DNA of 63,932 nt, filler included, from Octopus bimaculoides (Eukaryota), in the NCBI RefSeq assembly GCF_001194135.2. It is 6 parts of 6 records of this genome, joined end to end, with 100 filler letters (N's around TTAATTAATTAA, not from the genome) between each part and the next. Parts side by side here need not be neighbours in the genome. Positions count along the whole stretch, not along the records: positions 27,580 to 49,327 come from NC_068981.1; positions 49,428 to 55,598 come from NC_068982.1; 4 more parts are not named here. One strand, given 5' to 3'. Shown piece by piece: positions 38,030 to 49,829 of this stretch (within the stretch, counting starts at the first letter, position 1; the number at the start of each line of letters is the position of its first letter). The translations under genes were made by a program, and so were the position numbers. Under the pieces are notes generated by a model. The model saw only the letters and a list, made by a program, of their open reading frames with translations, did not search any database and was not told the origin of the DNA.

Positions 38030-38879
38030 GATATTGTTCAAGAGTGGTCCATGGATCTATTCTACTGTGATTGAGATGGAATAGAGAGTTGCAACAATTA
38101 AGATCGGCAGGGTGCCACCTTAAATCGAAGAAGCGCGGCTGGTGGCAGCCGTGATGTACGGAACCAAAGAGGACGCTAAGGTAATCCAAGTTGCAAGAAC
38201 GAAGAAAATTAATCGGTGGAGTTACGGCCTGGAAGTGGTTATCCAGGTCACCCAGCAAAACTTGATTGAAATAGCAGAAGAGGTGCTGTTGCCTGAAGAT
38301 ACAAAGCTGGGAGTGGTGGTTGAAGGAAGACCGCCCACCAGCTACCACTGTAGTGAAAAGGGGCACATTAAAATAAAGTGCCTCCAGATAAGCAGTGAAA
38401 CCACAAAGAACCAGGAAGAACAAAGTAGGAGTACCGTAACTGCAGCCAGAGCCCAGGAGGAGGGTATGGAAGATACAGAGGAGGAGGGTATGGAAGATAC
38501 AGAGGAGGAGGGTATGGAAGATACAGAGGAGGAGGGTATGGAAGATACAGAGGAGGAGGGTATGGAAGATACAGAGGTGGAGGGATTCGTCGAAGTATCG
38601 AAAAGGAAAAGAAAGGAAACGATGACTACACCCACTAAAAGTGCAAAGGAGAAGAGGAAGAACAGCAAAACAGAGGAGATTATGCAGCGAGCACACAGCA
38701 TAGAAGGTGCACTCACACAGCATACATCACCACCAGTAACACTCCAAAAAAAGGAAACCACTCCAGATAGTCCGAGTTCACCTCGTAGACAAGTCAACAC
38801 AAGCACAGACAGGCATAACACACGGTCCTGCAAAAGCCCCTCCCCCCAAGAACAAAGTATATATAATGACATATACTAA
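38030..38879 (+). mobile_element. L1/Tx1-type LINE ORF1 (gag-like) fragment
   Basis: VVVEGRPPTSYHCSEKGHIKIKC (CCHC knuckle, first C lost), acidic repeat, basic VSKRKRK segment; homologous to 61915-62170. Confidence 0.7.
38457..38576 (+). repeat. 24-bp tandem repeat x5 encoding EEGMEDTE
   Basis: GAGGAGGGTATGGAAGATACAGAG, five identical in-frame units. Confidence 0.95.
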
Positions 38880-39727
38880 AAGCACGGCAATTGAACGAAA
38901 AATCACTAAGTTCAAATCGGTGATTAGAGTTAATTTGCGCGCGTGTGTCTGTGTATGTGTGTGTGAAAAGAGGGCGTCTGTCTCCAAAACTCCAAAGTTG
39001 AATAATGTTTTCATGCTTGGATTTGTAAACTACGATAAGAATAACACTGGTCAACAAAGAATTTGTCCCAAGGAAAAGATTACTTGCATCTTATATATTC
39101 TTGCATGCAGAATTCAAAAATAAGGTCAAATTATCTGTATCACACACAGTTCCTCTGTTCCACGATATCCCTCTCAGTTCCTGTTACGTGGGCTAAATTT
39201 CAGTTAAGCTCTTGAAGTGTGAAGCTAACGGTTTAAGATCTACTACCAATTTAGATTTTTATGAATAGAATTAACTTAGTGAAATCATAAATCCAGCTAA
39301 CTGAGTCAATGAGTCCAAAAATATATGAAATGAAAAATATGTAAAAATACTAACACAGAAAAATATTAACACAGAGAAGCACAAAAAAAAAATATGTTAT
39401 ATACTAACACAGAAAAATTAAAACAAAACACGCGGGTGAAAAGAATCTCGTGGTGAGAAGAATCAAGTGTGAAAAATCAACAGCGGCGCAGACAACGGTG
39501 AACACAAGAGTGCGGTTGTCATGGTAATAAGCTGCTAATACCACGCTGTCTGTTGATTGACTAAAATTACCCAACTTTAATTCCAAATAACATCAGATTC
39601 TTTAATTTACGAGATAAAGCAATTGGTTGATCGTAATCAAAGTTCAGAGTTGCATCGATACACCAAAATTGAAAGAAATCTGAGGATAATTAAGTGGGCC
39701 TTATTTTGCGAATGAGAAAGATCATAT

Positions 39728-39772
<45 letters not shown>

Positions 39773-40101
39773 NNNNNNNNNNNNNNNNNNNNNNNNNNNN
39801 NNNNNNNNNNNNNNNNNNNNNNNNNNNNNNNNNNNNNNNNNNNNNNNNNNNNNNNNNNNNNNNNNNNNNNNNNNNNNNNNNNNNNNNNNNNNNNNNNNNN
39901 NNNNNNNNNNNNNNNNNNNNNNNNNNNNNNNNNNNNNNNNNNNNNNNNNNNNNNNNNNNNNNNNNNNNNNNNNNNNNNNNNNNNNNNNNNNNNNNNNNNN
40001 NNNNNNNNNNNNNNNNNNNNNNNNNNNNNNNNNNNNNNNNNNNNNNNNNNNNNNNNNNNNNNNNNNNNNNNNNNNNNNNNNNNNNNNNNNNNNNNNNNNN
40101 N

Positions 40102-40140
<39 letters not shown>

Positions 40141-40938
40141 GTTTTTTATAAATAGCTAGCTTTTCTGCGCGTGTTTGTCCTTGGCTTTAGACCTTCTGAG
40201 GTCTAGCCACTGACCACAGAGCATCCAGCCAGTTCCAGCGACGACACGACTCCGCTTCAATGGAGACCCAACACTTCGTTCAACTAACCGTTTACTACAA
40301 GCTTCTTCGTCGCCAGCGTCTACACCAACTTCTCTAAGTACACAACAAACCAGCAACGCTAACATAACTTTCTTCACGCTGTTTGTGAAATGCTTCACCA
40401 GGATTAACAATGAATACAACCTGCGAGAACTCCTGTACCAAGTAACCGGCAGCAGCATTAAAGCCTCAACTTCTTACACGACATGTCTTTCTTCGGCTCT
40501 GCCTTGACGCCACAACCTCTTGATACAGCACTTCAACCACAGTGTACCATTAGGTACGAACTGGTATTTACCATCCTTGTGCCTGGACTTTCTTCTAACG
40601 TCCTTATAGACTCTTTTCTATGCTCTGTATCTCTCGCACTCACATATACATATTTTATATACACACGCACTCTTTGTTTACACGACGGCCTGTCTAATAT
40701 TGTTTTATTATGTCGCTCTCTCACACACACACGGACATTCAAGTTGACAACCAATAAAACCTTACTTTTATACATTTTTACCCGTTGTGTCTCTCTCTTT
40801 TTCTTGTTGGCACTTAACTCCTTTTAACCTCATTTCATTTTTTGTTTTTATATTTGTGCCGACCGTGCGATGCGCTAAAGGAGCCATTCCTTCGTCACCA
40901 TCTCCCGGTCGCACTGTCGTTACATATATTATATAGAT

Positions 40939-40996
<58 letters not shown>

Positions 40997-40998
<2 letters not shown>

Positions 40999-41205
40999 TC
41001 TTTTACTCTTTTACTTGTTTCAGTCATCCGACTGCGGCCATGGTGGAGCACTACCTTTAGTCGAGCATATCGACCCCAGGACTTATTCTTTGTAAGCCTA
41101 GTACTTATTCTATCGGTCCATTTTTGCCGAACCGTTAAGTTACGGGGACGTAAACACATCAGCATCGGTTGTCAAGCGATGGTGGGGGTACAAACACAGA
41201 CACAC

Positions 41206-41240
<35 letters not shown>

Positions 41241-41401
41241 CATATATACGACGGGCTTCTTTCAGTTTCCGTCTACCAAATCCACTCACAAGGCATTTGT
41301 CGACCCGAGGCTATAGTAGAAGACACTTGCCCAAGGTGCCACGCAGTGAGACTGAACCCAGAACCATGTGGTTGGTAGGCAAGCTACCTACCACACAGCC
41401 A
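40997..41401 (-). mobile_element. SINE family O, full length
   Basis: Reverse complement of the 15261 copy from end to end. Confidence 0.92.
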
Positions 41402-41748
41402 AGGAAACGGAAGATAGATTTAGCACTTGTTTTTACTCAGTACGACGTTCATTTCAACTCATCCTCCAACTGTCCGTTATGAGTAGGATATTGTTCATCT
41501 AATTGCGTTGCCTCAATCTGAGCAGTTTGTGTCACATCAGGTACATGCATAAAAAAGGGGATGTCCCGCTAAATATACTGAGATGTCCTAGGCATGTTGT
41601 TTTCGCCCGCTGTATTTTAGTTATGACCAGCTGCAGTTGCCTTTGAGTATATAATATAAAATTAAAAACCATACAATCATAAAATATAGAGTACAACCTA
41701 TCAATCTCTGTCTGTCTCTCTTTCCCTCTCTCTCACCCTGTCTCTCTT

Positions 41749-41786
<38 letters not shown>

Positions 41787-41944
41787 NNNNNNNNNNNNNN
41801 NNNNNNNNNNNNNNNNNNNNNNNNNNNNNNNNNNNNNNNNNNNNNNNNNNNNNNNNNNNNNNNNNNNNNNNNNNNNNNNNNNNNNNCAAAAACAAACAAC
41901 ATTTCTACTCCTAAATCGATTCTTTTCTCTCTCAGACTTTCTTA

Positions 41945-42869
41945 GCAAGTGGATCCAACCCCTGCAGTTGTGCTCCAGCTGCACTGTCCAGAGCCATGGT
42001 ACTTCCACAGACGGTTTGCGTGTACAATTTTCGGAGAAGTTCTCCTGCCTCCTCGAATCCGGTATGTCACATCGGACAGGCGATCCATCACTGTATAAGG
42101 CCCTTCCCATGGACTCTGCAACTTCGGTGACTGTCCTCTTTTCCACCTGGGGTTATGAAACCACACTTCATCACCCTCTTTAAAGTTGGCTTCACTAGCC
42201 CTGGTGTCGTGCCGACGCTTCATTACTTCACCTGAAAACTTCAGGGCTTCTCTAACTTGCTGGTGTACCTCAGTCAGACTCTCCTGCAGATACTTCACAT
42301 AGCTGGAGGTTTCCCTGGGCAGTTCCTCCCCGGTGGTCTTCCTGAACCCTGCTGCAGCCACTCTACCACTGGCCCTAAGTCGGCATCTTCCATCTGCCTC
42401 TGTTGCACTTCTCCGGTAGCCACTGATCCAGTCACTGTGGTACGTCTACACTTTTTAATGTGCCTTTCTCTTCCTGCACAAAACTTCTCAATGCGCTCCG
42501 TCCTCTCATTAAGCCTTTCGATCTGCTGTTCACAACATACGACATCACTACTCAGTCCGCGGAACTCCTCCCTAAATTGTCGGTGATCATCCCGCATCCT
42601 CTGTTGTTCCTTCCTGAATTCATCGAAGCTCTCCTTCATCTGCTGTTGCTCTTTCCTGAGTTCAGCGAAGCACTCCTTCTGCTCTTCCAGCATCCTCACA
42701 ACCAAGGCCAGGGATACTTCCTCCCTCCTAGCCTGACCCTTCGCACGCGCACCTTCCGAAGCCATAACGAACAACCAACTCACTGCAGCAAATCAATAGA
42801 TCCCACTTCTGACACCAATTTTGTTACGAACGCCCGCACGCGAAGCACCTCCTTAATACCGAAGAGAGA
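41945..42869 (-). mobile_element. Internally deleted Ty3/gypsy LTR retrotransposon
   Basis: LTR end ..CGTAACA, PBS, coiled-coil gag N-terminus, QMEDADLGPVVEWL pol piece, integrase tail FKEGDEVW..KLQSPWEGPYTV...VHANRL (GPY/F). Confidence 0.9.
42800..42817 (-). promoter_or_regulatory. Primer-binding site complementary to the tRNA-Leu 3' end
   Basis: Minus TGGTGTCAGAAGTGGGAT, 4 nt after the LTR-terminal CA; the plus strand ATCCCACTTCTGACACCA matches the 3' end of metazoan tRNA-Leu(CAG/CAA). Confidence 0.85.
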
Positions 42870-43082
42870 NNNNNNNNNNNNNNNNNNNNNNNNNNNNNNN
42901 NNNNNNNNNNNNNNNNNNNNNNNNNNNNNNNNNNNNNNNNNNNNNNNNNNNNNNNNNNNNNNNNNNNNNNNNNNNNNNNNNNNNNNNNNNNNNNNNNNNN
43001 NNNNNNNNNNNNNNNNNNNNNNNNNNNNNNNNNNNNNNNNNNNNNNNNNNNNNNNNNNNNNNNNNATATGTATATATATTCT

Positions 43083-43298
43083 AGCGTGGAAGGTGTTTAT
43101 AAGCCATTTAAAATAACACACAAAGGCCGTTAGATTCACTTCAACATTTAAATTTAATTTGTGTCAAAATATTTTCGTCGTTTTGAGACCGCGACCTGTT
43201 CACTGACAAAATTCTGTGCTAAATTAAATTTAAATGTTGAAGTGAATCTAACGGTCTTTGTGTGTCATTTTAAATGGCTTATAAACACCTTCCACGCT
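43083..43298. repeat. Inverted repeat, 78-bp arms with 2 mismatches, 60-bp spacer
   Basis: Arms 43083-43160 and 43221-43298 compared base by base. Confidence 0.95.
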
Positions 43299-43374
43299 GA
43301 AATTACTTTCGTTCCAGCACACGATCTCAGATCAGGTCACTTGCTATGCAAGTACATCTCCGTAATATATATAT

Positions 43375-43520
43375 TCTTCTTTTAGTTTCCGTCTGCCAAA
43401 TCCACTCACAAGGCTTTAGTCGGCCGAAGGCTATAGTAGAAGACACCTGCCCAAAGTGTCACGCTGTGGGACTGAACCCGGAACAATGTGGTTGGTATGT
43501 AAGCTACTTACCACGCAGCT
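43375..43520 (-). mobile_element. SINE family O, 5' half
   Basis: GGCTATAGTAGAAGACACCTGCCCAAAG...GGGACTGAACCCGG. Confidence 0.85.
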
Positions 43521-43574
43521 ATTCCTGGACGTATGAGCCACTCCTGTATGTATGTATGTATGTATGTATGTATG

Positions 43575-43649
<75 letters not shown>

Positions 43650-43661
43650 TTATATAGATAG

Positions 43662-43895
43662 GCGGTAAGCTCGTAGAAACGTTAGCACGCCGGGCGAAAT
43701 GCTTAGCGGTATTTCGTCTGCCGTTACGTTCTGAGTTCAAATTCCGCCGAGGTCGACTTTGCCTTTCATCCTTTCGGGGTCGATAAACTAAGTACCAGTT
43801 ACGCACCGTGGTTGATGTAATCGACTTAATCCCCTTGTCTATCCTTGTTTGTTCCCTCTATGTTTGGCCCCTTTGTAGACAATAAAGAAATAAGA
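43662..43895 (+). mobile_element. SINE family M, full length with Tx1-like tail
   Basis: Head and body as at 13875; tail CCCTCTATGTTTGGCCCC...CAATAAAGAAATA. Confidence 0.92.
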
Positions 43896-44189
43896 TATAG
43901 AGAGAGAGAGAGAGGAAGTGTGGGAGGGAGAGAGAGGGAGATGGATATTCAAAAAATGTTTGAGTTCATTTAGGAAGTAGTGACCTTCTTAAGCTGTTAC
44001 GATCAAACATTAAATAAAATAATTCTGAAAACAGGATATTTTTCGGAGATATGTCATCTTTATAGACACACTTCTTCGGCTCACGATCGTAACGTCGTGA
44101 GTGCAATTTTCGGAGGCGTGTTGTATCCTTCAAAAAGACGCTTTATTTCAGGTTGCTGCAGTACACTCAGCTAGCAAGAATGAGTTGTA

Positions 44190-44358
44190 CCTACAGTTCA
44201 AAGAACCAGCTTTGTCAAATCCTGTGTCACGCTAAATTTTCCTGAGAACTGTGTTAAGGACACGAGCGTCTGTGGAGTGATCAGCCAACTGCACGAGCTG
44301 GTTGTTCCGTTGATTTGATCAACTGGAACACTCATCGTCGTGACCGACGGAGTGCCAT
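44190..44358 (+). mobile_element. SINE family T, 3' fragment
   Basis: GTTCCGTTGAT..GATCAACTGGAAC..TCGTCGT.ACCGACGGAGTGCCA. Confidence 0.8.
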
Positions 44359-44940
44359 TTTTTAAAAAATAGTATTTTAAAATTTATTGGTATTTAATGT
44401 ATGCTTCAAAAAGTGAACATATATATGCATATTAAAAGCAAAATAGTGGGACCCGTGAATATTTCACGGAATTAATAATTAACCTATTGGGTTATTTCTG
44501 AAAACTTTATCCAGAAAACCTGAAAGCGTAGCCCGTGTTGTGTCTGTATGGAAAGATAGTCACTCATCTGCTATTCATTGAAAAATGAAGGAAATTGGAA
44601 TACGGTGATTACTTAATACATTTTATATATATACTTTATATACTTTGTACACAATTTTATGGACTTAGTATACAGCACTCATCAAATAAATATTCACTCT
44701 TAGTTTTCCATTTTCCACAAAAATAAACAAAAAAATATCCTGTACATATGATACAACCTTTAGTTAAATTACATATATCTGCCACTAAATAAGTATGAAT
44801 ATTTCATGGAATTGCACTTATGTACATGCGTTAAATGATAGGTGATATAAAAACAGTTCAATTAAAAAAATAGACGCTTTTCGCTATCCAGTCATCATCA
44901 CCATCATCACCACCACCACCACTACCCCCACCACCATCAT

Positions 44941-45215
44941 TATCTCTCTCTCTCCCATCTCTCTCTTTCCCATCTCTCTCTCTCCCATCTCTCTCGCTCT
45001 CTCCCATCTCTCTCTCTCCCATCTCTCTCTCCCATCTCTCTCTCTCTCCCATCTCTCTCTCCCATCTCTCTCTCCCATCTCTCTCTCCCATCTCTCTCTC
45101 TCTCCCATCTCTCTCTCCCATCTCTCTCTCTCTCCCATCTCTCTCTCCCATCTCTCTCTCCCATCTCTCTCTCCCATCTCTCTCTCCCATCTCTCTCTCC
45201 CATCTCTCTCTCTCT
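44941..45215. repeat. Minisatellite (CCCATCTCTCTCT)n with variable CT count
   Basis: Direct observation. Confidence 0.95.
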
Positions 45216-46249
45216 GTCTTTCTTTACCTTCACCATCAGAACATCACTCCTCTTCTAAAATTATATTTTTAACTCTCCTCCTCTACTTTCAACTAACTTT
45301 TTTGACCACGTAATAAATATTACGTTCCCCTACCTCACGTCATGGACGCTTCTATCTCCCTCTTTTTCTTTCTCCCTCTTTCTGTCTCACTCATCACCTT
45401 ATCCTCGCTTTCTCTCTCCTTTTTCTTTCACCTATCTTTCCTTTCAACTTATCACGTGAAAGTGTTACCGACGGGTTAAGTAACGCAATGACAAGCAGAA
45501 TTTTTATAAGATATCCTCTCACTCTCTCTTTTCTCTTTTCATTTCAGTTTCATAAAGACTGAATTGAAATTAATTTCATTTCAACGACCTTCGAATCCCT
45601 CTTCTCGCGACTTATTATATTGTATATTGAAATTCTTAATCTTGAAATATGAAATTACTTACAGTTTCTTCCTTAGAGGCATGAAATATTAAGCTTCACT
45701 AATGAAAATAAGATTCCAAGATCGCATCCAAGAGTAATTTTGATCCTAATTCATATTGGTGTGTAGTGTTTGGTAGAGGAAAAGTAATTTTTAAAAATTA
45801 TTCTAATCTCTTGTGGTAAATTTTGTTTTCTTTCTCTACTGACAAAGAATTTTTTTATAATAAAAGTCTTTATTTGAGCTCAGAAAGATGGATTGATTAA
45901 AAGAAAAGAAGTATAAAAATCAAATTATTGAAAAATTAAGGCGAACTTTTGTTGTCATTCATTGTTCTGCATTATTTTTTCATTCGAAATTTTGAAAATC
46001 GATGCATGTTTATTATCCGTGTGTTGTATGTGAGAGCGTGTTACTAAAGTGTGGAGGTGTGTGTGTATATCCATGTGTTTTCGCGTACACAGTGGTTCTT
46101 TAACTAGGAGACAGACCTACCCCCATCCTAGGAGTATTGCAGAGGTGGTAAATGTCAATGTGGTACTTTGGTTGTTTAGAGAGGGTTATGATTTCCATAG
46201 AAATAAAATATTTAAACTATGTACAATATTTATATTTTAAATACATTTT

Positions 46250-47800
46250 CAAAGCAATCTTCTTTGGGATAAAAATAAGAATACGATATTATCTGTAATC
46301 GGTGAAAATGACTGATAATGTACTAAGTTCCAACACAATTTCACTTTTTTTTTAACATAGAGGACATCAGAGGAAAAGTTCGGAGATTGCTTTATATCGA
46401 TCATAACTTGTGCAATACAGTATTTAGGGGACAAGAATCGTAACAGCAAATAAACTATTCTATCTTGTTTTGGTATCATTGATTAATTGTAATTTAATGA
46501 TGATATTCCTCTTTAACATATTCTGAAGTGTTAAATTTATTCGTTAGAGACCTACGAAATAAACTAACAATTGTTCTCACTGTTTTAATAACATCGGCAA
46601 TGGTTAAACTTTCTGCAGTAACTGCTGGATCTATATTTTCATATCATCCTCGAATCTTATCACTACCAGGGACGCTACTTAAATTAACTTCATCATTATT
46701 TTTATCAGTTTTCTTGTAAAGAATAGCTTAAACAGTTAAATGAAGTCAAATGAAGTCCATGAACGCAAAATATTTTATATTTGCAATTAAAATCCTTACC
46801 AAATTTTACCATAGCACTTATTTCATTTGTTTCGACTACAATTATATTTTTTCCAAATTAAGGTTAAAACCAAACACTTTTATTTCTAAAAGTTCAAAAC
46901 AAATCTGTTTTCAGTAGATAAACTTGCATAAATTATTATTCCTAAATTGAAAAATTTATCAAATGAATTAATATTCACATTCAAATATATTAAGAAATAC
47001 TGGGATAAAAAAATAGAGTAGGGTATTATCCGTAAGCGATGAAAATTACTGATAATACACGAAGTTCCAGCACAAATTCATTATGCTTTAATTTTTAACA
47101 TAGAAAGCACCAGAGGAAAAATTGAGAGATTGCTTTATATTGATCATAACTTATGCAATACAGTTTTTAGAGAACAAGAATCGTTCTCCTATAGCAAATA
47201 AACTATTCCATACTAAATTTTTTCACACTCCCTGTTATTTCATTAATTATTTTTTCCGAATCAGATTAATGTTAAATAACATACGTTAATTGAGAACTAA
47301 TCTTTCCTAAAACCAAGTTTTTTATACAGGTTTCCCAAGATAAGCACTTTTAACTATTTCATTCATGGGAATCACACCAATAGCAACTAATTTAGATATT
47401 ATTTTCTTTGGTTTCAATCTATTGTTCCCGGAAAGTAGGTTGATTCTTTTCGAAGGGGATTCGAACGATATTTAAATGGTGTAAAAGATTGTCTGCTGAA
47501 TTACCTAAACACTTTGAAACTGACTTGTAATTTACAAATATATTTTAGATAATAAGGTCATGAATTCTCAGGAGATAGAATACAATCCCGAGAATTCTCG
47601 ATGGTATTGATGACACTTTAACCAAATGTTTCAGGAATTCAGGACCTGGTATTCATGAAAGAGATGCCCCAATATGAAAAGAAAACATGTAACTCTTACA
47701 TTGCACCCATAAATTGAAAAATACAGTTTTCAGTAGTCTATGACACTTGTGAACAAAAAGACTAGTTAATGTTATTTATGGCGCATTCAAAAGCAATTGA
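46250..47800 (-). mobile_element. Decayed hAT (hobo/Ac-like) transposase with internal duplication
   Basis: IADVIKTVRTIVSLFRRS...YVKEE, DTKTR*NSL and RFLSPKYCIAQVMIDIK match the KVRKIVK.FRRSP / D.KTRWNSL...RF region; 46310-46460 is duplicated at 47048-47210. Confidence 0.7.
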
Positions 47801-48317
47801 AGAATTGCAACAAACATTAAAAAAAACTGAGACTATCAGAACCACATAAAAAGTTATTTAAGTAGTTTAGAGCAAGGCAACCTGACAGTTTACTGATTTC
47901 AGGACCAATTATTACTGCAAACGCCAAGTAATTACACTAAGATAATAGTGTCGCAGCGACTTATAGACTCATGGAGGAATGATTGAAAAGCTTTAACATG
48001 CGAGTGGCATTCGTAAACTCAATTTGTCCGTTGAAAAGAAACGAGTAAACATTGAAATTACTGAAGAATAGAATAGAAGCGATATGGTTAATAGAATTTG
48101 AAGAATAGAATTTGAAGTAACATGGTTAAAAAATGTGATTTTATTGTTGTTGTTTTTAACAATGAATTCCAATACACCGGCATATCAGATAATCCAACAC
48201 TGCTTAAGTTCCAAGAGAGCCGAGGAAGTGGAAATGTTCTGTGCTTAAATTGATAGTTCTAATATACTTTTAAGGAGCTTATTTTATGACACACGAGAAA
48301 CAGTTATACTATATATA

Positions 48318-48473
48318 TATTGGCTTGTCCGGAAAGTTCGTGCCGATTTGTAGTAGCTTACCTTTCGACTTATTTGCCATGAAACCACCTCAATTCTGGG
48401 AAGAGGGTATTTTCAAGTTAAAGGAAAGATGGAGACGCATTATGCAACAAAATGGTTCATATTTGGTTGATTA
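48318..48473 (+). mobile_element. Mariner deletion derivative (TIR joined to transposase C-terminus)
   Basis: TATTGGCTTGTCCGGAAAGTTCGTGCCGATTT, then KPPQFWEEGIFKLKERWRRIMQQNGSY*. Confidence 0.85.
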
Positions 48474-48665
48474 AAAATGTAATGGCAAGTATTTATTGAC
48501 CTTTTTCTTTCCTTTAAAAATGTTATAAGTTATACGTAGTAATTCACAAATCCATTTATGATTAATGCATTTGTGAACTACTATAAACGCATGTATCATA
48601 CCAACTTCATCCTGCCACACACAGTAACGAAATGTACATATTATAACATTGTAACGTTTTATGTA

Positions 48666-48766
48666 ACCTGATGAGGTTTCTTCTGCACTGTGGGTGCATT
48701 CGATTCCATTACATCGTTTCCCACCCACTAGAGAGCAGTGCAGATGTAAGCCGAAACGATCGTCGT
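48666..48766 (+). ncRNA. Minimal type I hammerhead ribozyme with extended stem II
   Basis: AC-CTGATGA(48668-74)-GGTTT..TCTGCACTG-TGGGTG...CACCCA..CAGTGCAGA..AAGCC-GAAA(48753-56)-CGATCG-TC-GT, then AATAAA at 48771. Confidence 0.7.
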
Positions 48767-49069
48767 GCTAAATAAAGCTTACAGTACACTCTGTCTTCCC
48801 TATCGCTCGTTTAAAATATATTAAACTTGCACCGAAGAATTACTTACACAGATCCTGCGACGAAAGTGCAATACCGTGGATGACGCCTGGTAGCCGTAAG
48901 CGGAGAACGTGCTCTCTAGGCACACACTACTAGGGACAAGGTTTCAATACTACATTCTAAAATCTCCTATCTAAACTTTAATTTTAAGTATGACCTATTT
49001 ACATATATACATATATGTANNNNNNNNNNGTATGTATGTATGTATGTATGTATGTATGTATGTGTGTGT

Positions 49070-49281
49070 GTGTGTTTTTGTGTCTGTATTTATCCCCCAC
49101 GACCGCTTGACAACCAATGCTGGTCATTTTAGCATCCTCGTAACTTAACAGTTCGGCAAAAAGAGAACGATAGAATAAGTACTAGGCTCAAATAAAAGCA
49201 CTAGGGTCAATTCGTCTAACTAAAAATTTAAGGTGGTGCCCCAGTATGGCCACAGACTAATGGTTGGAACGAGTAAAAGAA

Positions 49282-49290
<9 letters not shown>
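49070..49290 (+). mobile_element. SINE family O, 3' half
   Basis: CGCTTGACAACCAATGCTGG...GATAGAATAAGTACTAGGCT. Confidence 0.8.
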
Positions 49291-49327
<37 letters not shown>

Positions 49328-49427
49328 NNNNNNNNNNNNNNNNNNNNNNNNNNNNNNNNNNNNNNNNNNNNTTAATTAATTAANNNNNNNNNNNNNNNNN
49401 NNNNNNNNNNNNNNNNNNNNNNNNNNN
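49328..49427. other. Artificial scaffold-join spacer
   Basis: N44-TTAATTAATTAA-N44. Confidence 0.9.
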
Positions 49428-49473
49428 TGGTTATACATCTTTAGATGTATACCTGACTTTCCTACTATAAAAT

Positions 49474-49829
49474 TATAGAAATATAACGGAACGCTGAACT
49501 CCAGACTATCAACTTAAACAACACTTTATTCAGGTGGTAAATATATACATCTTTAATTCTTGTTGTTACAGCTTCTGTGTGTATGTATGAGCATAGTTGT
49601 TGGGACGTTGTTCTGTAGTTGTAAGCGAGCTGTCGAGTGTAAGTCCGAAAGATGTAGAGAGACAGCTTAACACGTAAAGAGACTGTCTCCAGGTTGGAGT
49701 ATTAGAGACACTCTTGACACGTCCGTGCTCATGGTCGGCCGACCACAAAAGAGAAAGATTAAAGCGGGAACGCTTGCTTGTTTAATTCCACGCATGCGTG
49801 AGACTACGCATGCGCACGGCGTTACTACA
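49474..49829 (-). mobile_element. Possible LTR (solo or truncated)
   Basis: Minus starts TGTAGT, ends CTATA (near CTACA), with AATAAA inside; no clear TSD. Confidence 0.4.

Noticed and set aside
37962-38872. Antisense 253-aa and 176-aa ORFs with repeats
   Set aside because: Shadows of the + strand ORF1 and its 24-bp repeat.
38457-45215. CRISPR-like reading of the 24-bp repeat or the CCCATCT minisatellite
   Set aside because: No unique spacers, eukaryotic context and no cas genes.
46340-47200. Apparent pair of duplicated + strand exons after TTTAACATAG acceptors
   Set aside because: The - strand reads as hAT transposase (TRWNSL region), which explains the conservation better.
48827-48871. 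TTGCA-CCGAAGA...GAAA-G-TGCAA downstream of the good hammerhead
   Set aside because: No stem II pairing, no stem III and no cleavage triplet.
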